Positions 59,701 through 64,000 of a stretch of DNA of 64,000 nt are shown here, one piece after another. Source of the stretch: Malacoraja senta (lineage: Eukaryota); the NCBI GenBank assembly GCA_038087875.1, contig CM075985.1, positions 7,626,001-7,690,000 of the forward strand, given 5' to 3'. The first letter of the stretch is position 1. Each line of letters starts with the position of its first letter. The position numbers were made by a program, and so were the translations under genes. Below the pieces are notes generated by a model. It ran no database searches, was not told where the DNA came from, and saw only the letters and a list, made by a program, of their open reading frames with translations.

Positions 59701-61423
59701 AGACATGACCCAATCAAACATAGCATTGTTCCAAGTGCAATCATTCAGCTGCCAGTTAGTAGACACCCCGTTTGGTGAATGAGTGATCAGTTGATTCACA
59801 GACCGACTTAGTTGCCCTGTTCACAACTGGGCTGCTCACAAGAAATGTGAGCAACTCCATCGCAGATCAGTTTGGCCGCAACTTGCTGTCCATCTTGTGT
59901 GAGTCCGAGTACCCATTAAAAACATTACAACAGTGCAAGTCAGGATTTTCCAAACATTTACCACATACAGAGTCAACATAACCAAGGCCCACAGCTGGGT
60001 ACCAATAGTTTTAATAGAAGCAGCAGCATGAATCTTAATAAGGCAATGGGCAGTAGCAGTATGTACAGGGAATTGGGTAAATGACAGTAAACAGAGAGAA
60101 GTAGTGCACAAAAGGCCACAAATTGCTGAAGTAACTCAGCAGGCCAGGCAGCATCACTGGAGAACATGGATAGGTGACATTTCGGGACCCTTCTTCGGAC
60201 AGTACACAGTTGCATTGCAGACTGGAGGGATATGTACAGTGGAGTTCCCCAGGACTTATTAAAATATATATCAATGATGGATGTGCACACATTAAACCTG
60301 GAAGCCCAGTGAACTCTGAGACGGATAGGAATAGACAAAGAGGTCGCAGAGAAGTTATTGAGAGATGGATACATTAAATGTAATGCAGACAAATGCAAAG
60401 TGTACCATTTTGGTTAGAATAGACAGCATAAACACGAGGGCACAATTCTAGATGTGTACAGGAACAGAGAGATCTAGGGTCTACATGGATAGTTCATTGA
60501 AAGAGGCAAAATTGATAGAAAAAGTGTTTTTTTTTTTTTAACAGCACTAGGCACTGGGCACTGTAAAAGAGGCAAAGAGTCCAAGGACACGGAAATCCTG
60601 ATGAAGTTTTATGAAACACTAATTAGGACACAGCCGGAACATTGTGTCCAGTCCTGGTGCTACATTTTATGGAAGGTGTGACATGGACCCAAAGGGGCAC
60701 TTGGCCAGTTTCCATGTTGTAGCCTTCCTGTGACATGAGCCTAAAATCTCCCTTCTGGCTAAAAAGTAATTACCCAAGGTAATTCCAAGACAAGAGGCAG
60801 CCCATTATGCTTCGTGGCTGTTCTTCACTGGACTCTGGCAGAGAAAATCATGAATAATAAAATCATGAAATAAAGTTTAAAAAGAAGTGGCAATGTAGGG
60901 TGGGAAGAGACGGAAATTACAATCAAGATTAGATGCACTCAATGTGTGTGGAAACGTATGGTGGGTCATCGTGAATCCAGCCACTTTACCCTCATTGTTC
61001 CCACACAGTAAGGTATGAAGGGGGCTTCAGTCATGTCTCCAGCAGCAGAGACATAGGCATACTGAGGCACTGAGCTCATCAATGCTCATGGCTACAGAGT
61101 GGGAAGGCTGCAGGGTCATGTCCAGCTGCTCTCAGCATTGAATGAGAGGGAAAGCTGTAGGATCTCAGTGGTGGTGCAAGGGATCCTCCCTGATGTCATC
61201 TGTCTTGTTGCTCCAGTTGGCCAAGTGGGGACAGGTAGGAGACGGCAAACAAGATGTTGTACAAACTCACTCAGGTCACGGTGCCAGAGATAGGCTGGGG
61301 GATGGCTGAGAAGTAACAAGGTTCCATCCCAAATTTACAAATCAAACACCAGGCCAAAAGTTGAGATCGGATTTCCATTGGGAAATGTCTTTGGAAGACG
61401 GACCAGGAGGCAGGTTGCCATCA

Positions 61424-62595
61424 TCAAGCCAGGGGCTGGAGCAGATCCTCCCAGCGTATGGGCTGGGCAAAGACCTCCCTCTCCAACCAGAGTTCATAGC
61501 TGTAGCGGAAATCTTCGGGCAGTGGCAGGCGACGTCCCAGCACGCTCTGCAGGCAGTTGTCCACCGGGGCAAACTCCAAGTCACTGTGGTACAGGCCGTA
61601 GCGGCGACTGTTGAATGTCTCAATGTTGACTCTCAGAGCACACTCCTCCGCCTGGAAGTCCCAGGGCCTAGCATCGATCTCTGTAGAGAGACAGAGATAG
61701 ACATCAGACCTACAAGCTAGGATCACAGATCCACAAGGATAATGCTGGCGTTGAGAGATTCCAATTTGAGATAACCTACAACCCGCTCTCCCCATCCCAT
61801 TTCATCCCCACCGCTCCCCTGTGCCCACCTGGACCCGCATATACGTCCTCTGGCTGCAATTAGCAACTCTCTAATCCTTTACATAAGATCATGTGATAGG
61901 AGCAGAATTAGGCCATTCGGCCCATCAAGTCTAATCTGGAATTCAATCATGGCTGATCTATCTCTCCCTCCTAACCCCATTCTCCTGCCTTCTCCCCATA
62001 ACCTCTGACACCCGTACTACTCAAGAATCTTTCTATGGAACTGTGTCTATGTTCTCTCACACCTTCTGTTGTAATATCTGTCTTTTGTTCTGACCATCTG
62101 CCTATCAACCTCAACCCCCCCCCCCCCCCCCCCCCGGCCTGGGTTCACAATACCTGCCGTTTTGTCCTGTATCTCCACTCTCTCAGATTTCTCCCCTCCC
62201 CCCACCCCACCTCAACAATCTATCTGGTGAAGGACCCAACTCGAAATGTCACCTATCCTAGTTCTCTGGAGATGCTGTCCGACCCACTGAGTTACTCCAG
62301 CACTTTCTATCCTTTTTTTGTAAACCAGAATCTGCAGTTCCTTGTTTCTACATTTTGAATGTCCTCATGGCGTGATGATGTTTCCCATACCATTGCCATA
62401 CGCCCAGTCATCATTAAAGCGATGTCGCACTTTGTGGTAGATGGCAGACATGGTCTTCATGTTGCTTTTCCTCCACTGCCGCCCCATGTACTTGGTCTGG
62501 ATCTTCAGCAGTTTGAGTGCATACAGCTGCATTATTGCCTGCTTTGCCCTCAGGACCCGCTTCAAAATTGGCGCTGACTTGAAAACCACAAGCAT
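61424..62595 (-). CDS. STRIP2: Striatin-interacting protein 2 (FAM40B), last two coding exons: 62391-62595 and 61424-61680
   Basis: MLVVFKSAPILKR...RQWRKSNMKTMSAIY.KVRHR.NDDWAYGN | IDARPWDFQAEEC...VDNCLQSVLG...PEDFRYSYELWLEREVF. The SYELW motif and adjacency to SMKR1 favour STRIP2 over STRIP1. Confidence 0.92.
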
Positions 62596-62879
62596 CTGGG
62601 GAAAAACCAGAAGATGGACTTATTGTGGAGGTAATAGAAAAAACATTCGGAGTGTCAACATTAGAAAAATCATCACACCATGAGGGCATTCAAAAGGTAG
62701 AAACAAGGAACTTCAGATGCTGAAAAAGGATATAAAATGCTGGAGTAATTCAGCGGATCAGGCAGCATCTCTGGAGAACATGGATCAGTAACGTTTCCGG
62801 TTGGAGCCCTTCTTCAGATTGTGGGGAGGGAGGGATGGGAAGCTGGGAGAGAGGAGGGGCAGGACAAAATGTGACAAAC

Positions 62880-63990
62880 GAGCATCAGCAGGGCTTCATG
62901 AAGTAGATATAATGTCTGACAGTGTTATTTAAACTATTTAATGAAGTATTAGGGTGGATAGAGGGGAACCAGTATGTGTAGCATACTTGGATTTTCAAAA
63001 GGAGTTAGGAAGGTGCCCACAAAAGGTTTACCTTGCATTCTTACTTAAGAATTCATAGCGATTAGCATTGATAGAGCTTTGGCTAACTGGCAAGAAGCAA
63101 AGAGTGGACATAAGGACATCATTTTCAGGTTGCAACCTGTAACCAGGGGGATCAGTGCTGTGTGGTGAACTGTTTACAAGATATTAATAACTTTAAGGAA
63201 GCAAGTGTACTGGAGCCAAATTCACAGGTGACACCAAAGTAGGTGTAGGAGCCATAGCTACTGTTGGCATATAATATTATTTTGTCTTGATATTTCTAGC
63301 AGTATTATTTTGAACACTTGGGGGCGGGCATTTGATGCATAGAAGGGCGTTACATATAGCATAGTGGACAGGGAGTGACCAGACCAGGCACAGGGGTTGG
63401 AGAGTACACAGTTCTCACCAGATGGGAGAGAACAGAAAGTTACAGCTTGTATGCGAATAAGGAGGACCTGGTATGTTCATCTCTTTGTTTGTACAACTAC
63501 TTCAATAAAGAACCAATCAAGCTGGAAATAACGACTGGAAGATCTGTTCCTATTTTTGTCTGTGTAAGATCACTCCTACTTACCTGTGTAGTAATGGCAA
63601 CGGAAAACTGGACATTGGAAAAGTTTGAAATTGCCATTACAGTAGGTGAAAAGGTAATCTATAGCGAGGATACGAACATCTTCACAGATGTTGATGTTAA
63701 ATGTGTGGGCAAAAGTTGGCGAATGCCAGAGTTGACAGAAGTTGTTCACTTTGGAAGGAAGAATGATAAAACAGGTTTTTATTTAAATAGAGAAAGAATT
63801 TAGGAGCTTTCAGACATGTAACACAAAAAGGCTCACATACAAATCTAGCTAACTGAATGCTGATTTTTATTTCAAGGGTCTTAGAACATAAAATGGTCAA
63901 GTCCTACAACAATTGTAAAAGGCACTGGTGATGCCCATCCAGGATACTATAGTATCCTTGTATGGCAGAGGGAAGCGGGAGGGTGGGGCA
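62880..63990 (+). mobile_element. Degraded CR1 RT interrupted by a possible LTR-like insertion (63246-63640)
   Basis: Decayed LDFQK and VVHFGRKN motifs; 8-bp duplication AGTAGGTG at 63238-63245 and 63641-63648. Confidence 0.6.
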
Positions 63991-64000
63991 TGTTCTATGT

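Noticed and set aside
61424-62595. STRIP1 as an alternative identity
   Set aside because: The YSYELW motif and linkage to SMKR1 favour STRIP2.

Overview
Vertebrate genomic DNA, most likely from a cartilaginous fish (skate or ray). That assignment is inferred from the CR1, V-SINE and Penelope repeat landscape. I reconstructed four spliced protein-coding genes by hand from GT/GC-AG boundaries and frame continuity: TMEM209 (minus strand, exons 3-15, with the 5' end lost in a 200-N gap at 24525-24724), a complete 11-exon, 418-aa CPA2-like pancreatic metallocarboxypeptidase (plus, 29540-45833), SMKR1 (minus, main exon 49419-49652) and the last two exons of STRIP2 (minus). Most of the rest is transposon-derived: CR1, Rex1-like and L1-like LINEs, V-SINEs, Penelope remnants, hAT elements, and a fossil SWIM-YqaJ-PHD (ISL2EU-like) DNA transposon gene. 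The most notable observations are: (1) an abundant Penelope-derived short repeat carrying a minimal hammerhead-ribozyme core, often arranged as fold-back pairs; (2) a 28-bp TIR-only element with an 8-bp TSD that looks like a P-element excision footprint; (3) a 2.3-kb composite hAT-like element with a 5-bp TSD and a hairpin with ~200-bp arms; (4) a duplicated exon-12 acceptor inside a GC-AG intron of TMEM209; (5) triply nested retroelements in a CPA intron; (6) an RFX plus Fox motif pair at the putative SMKR1 promoter. All homology calls come from recalled sequences and motifs; no searches were run.
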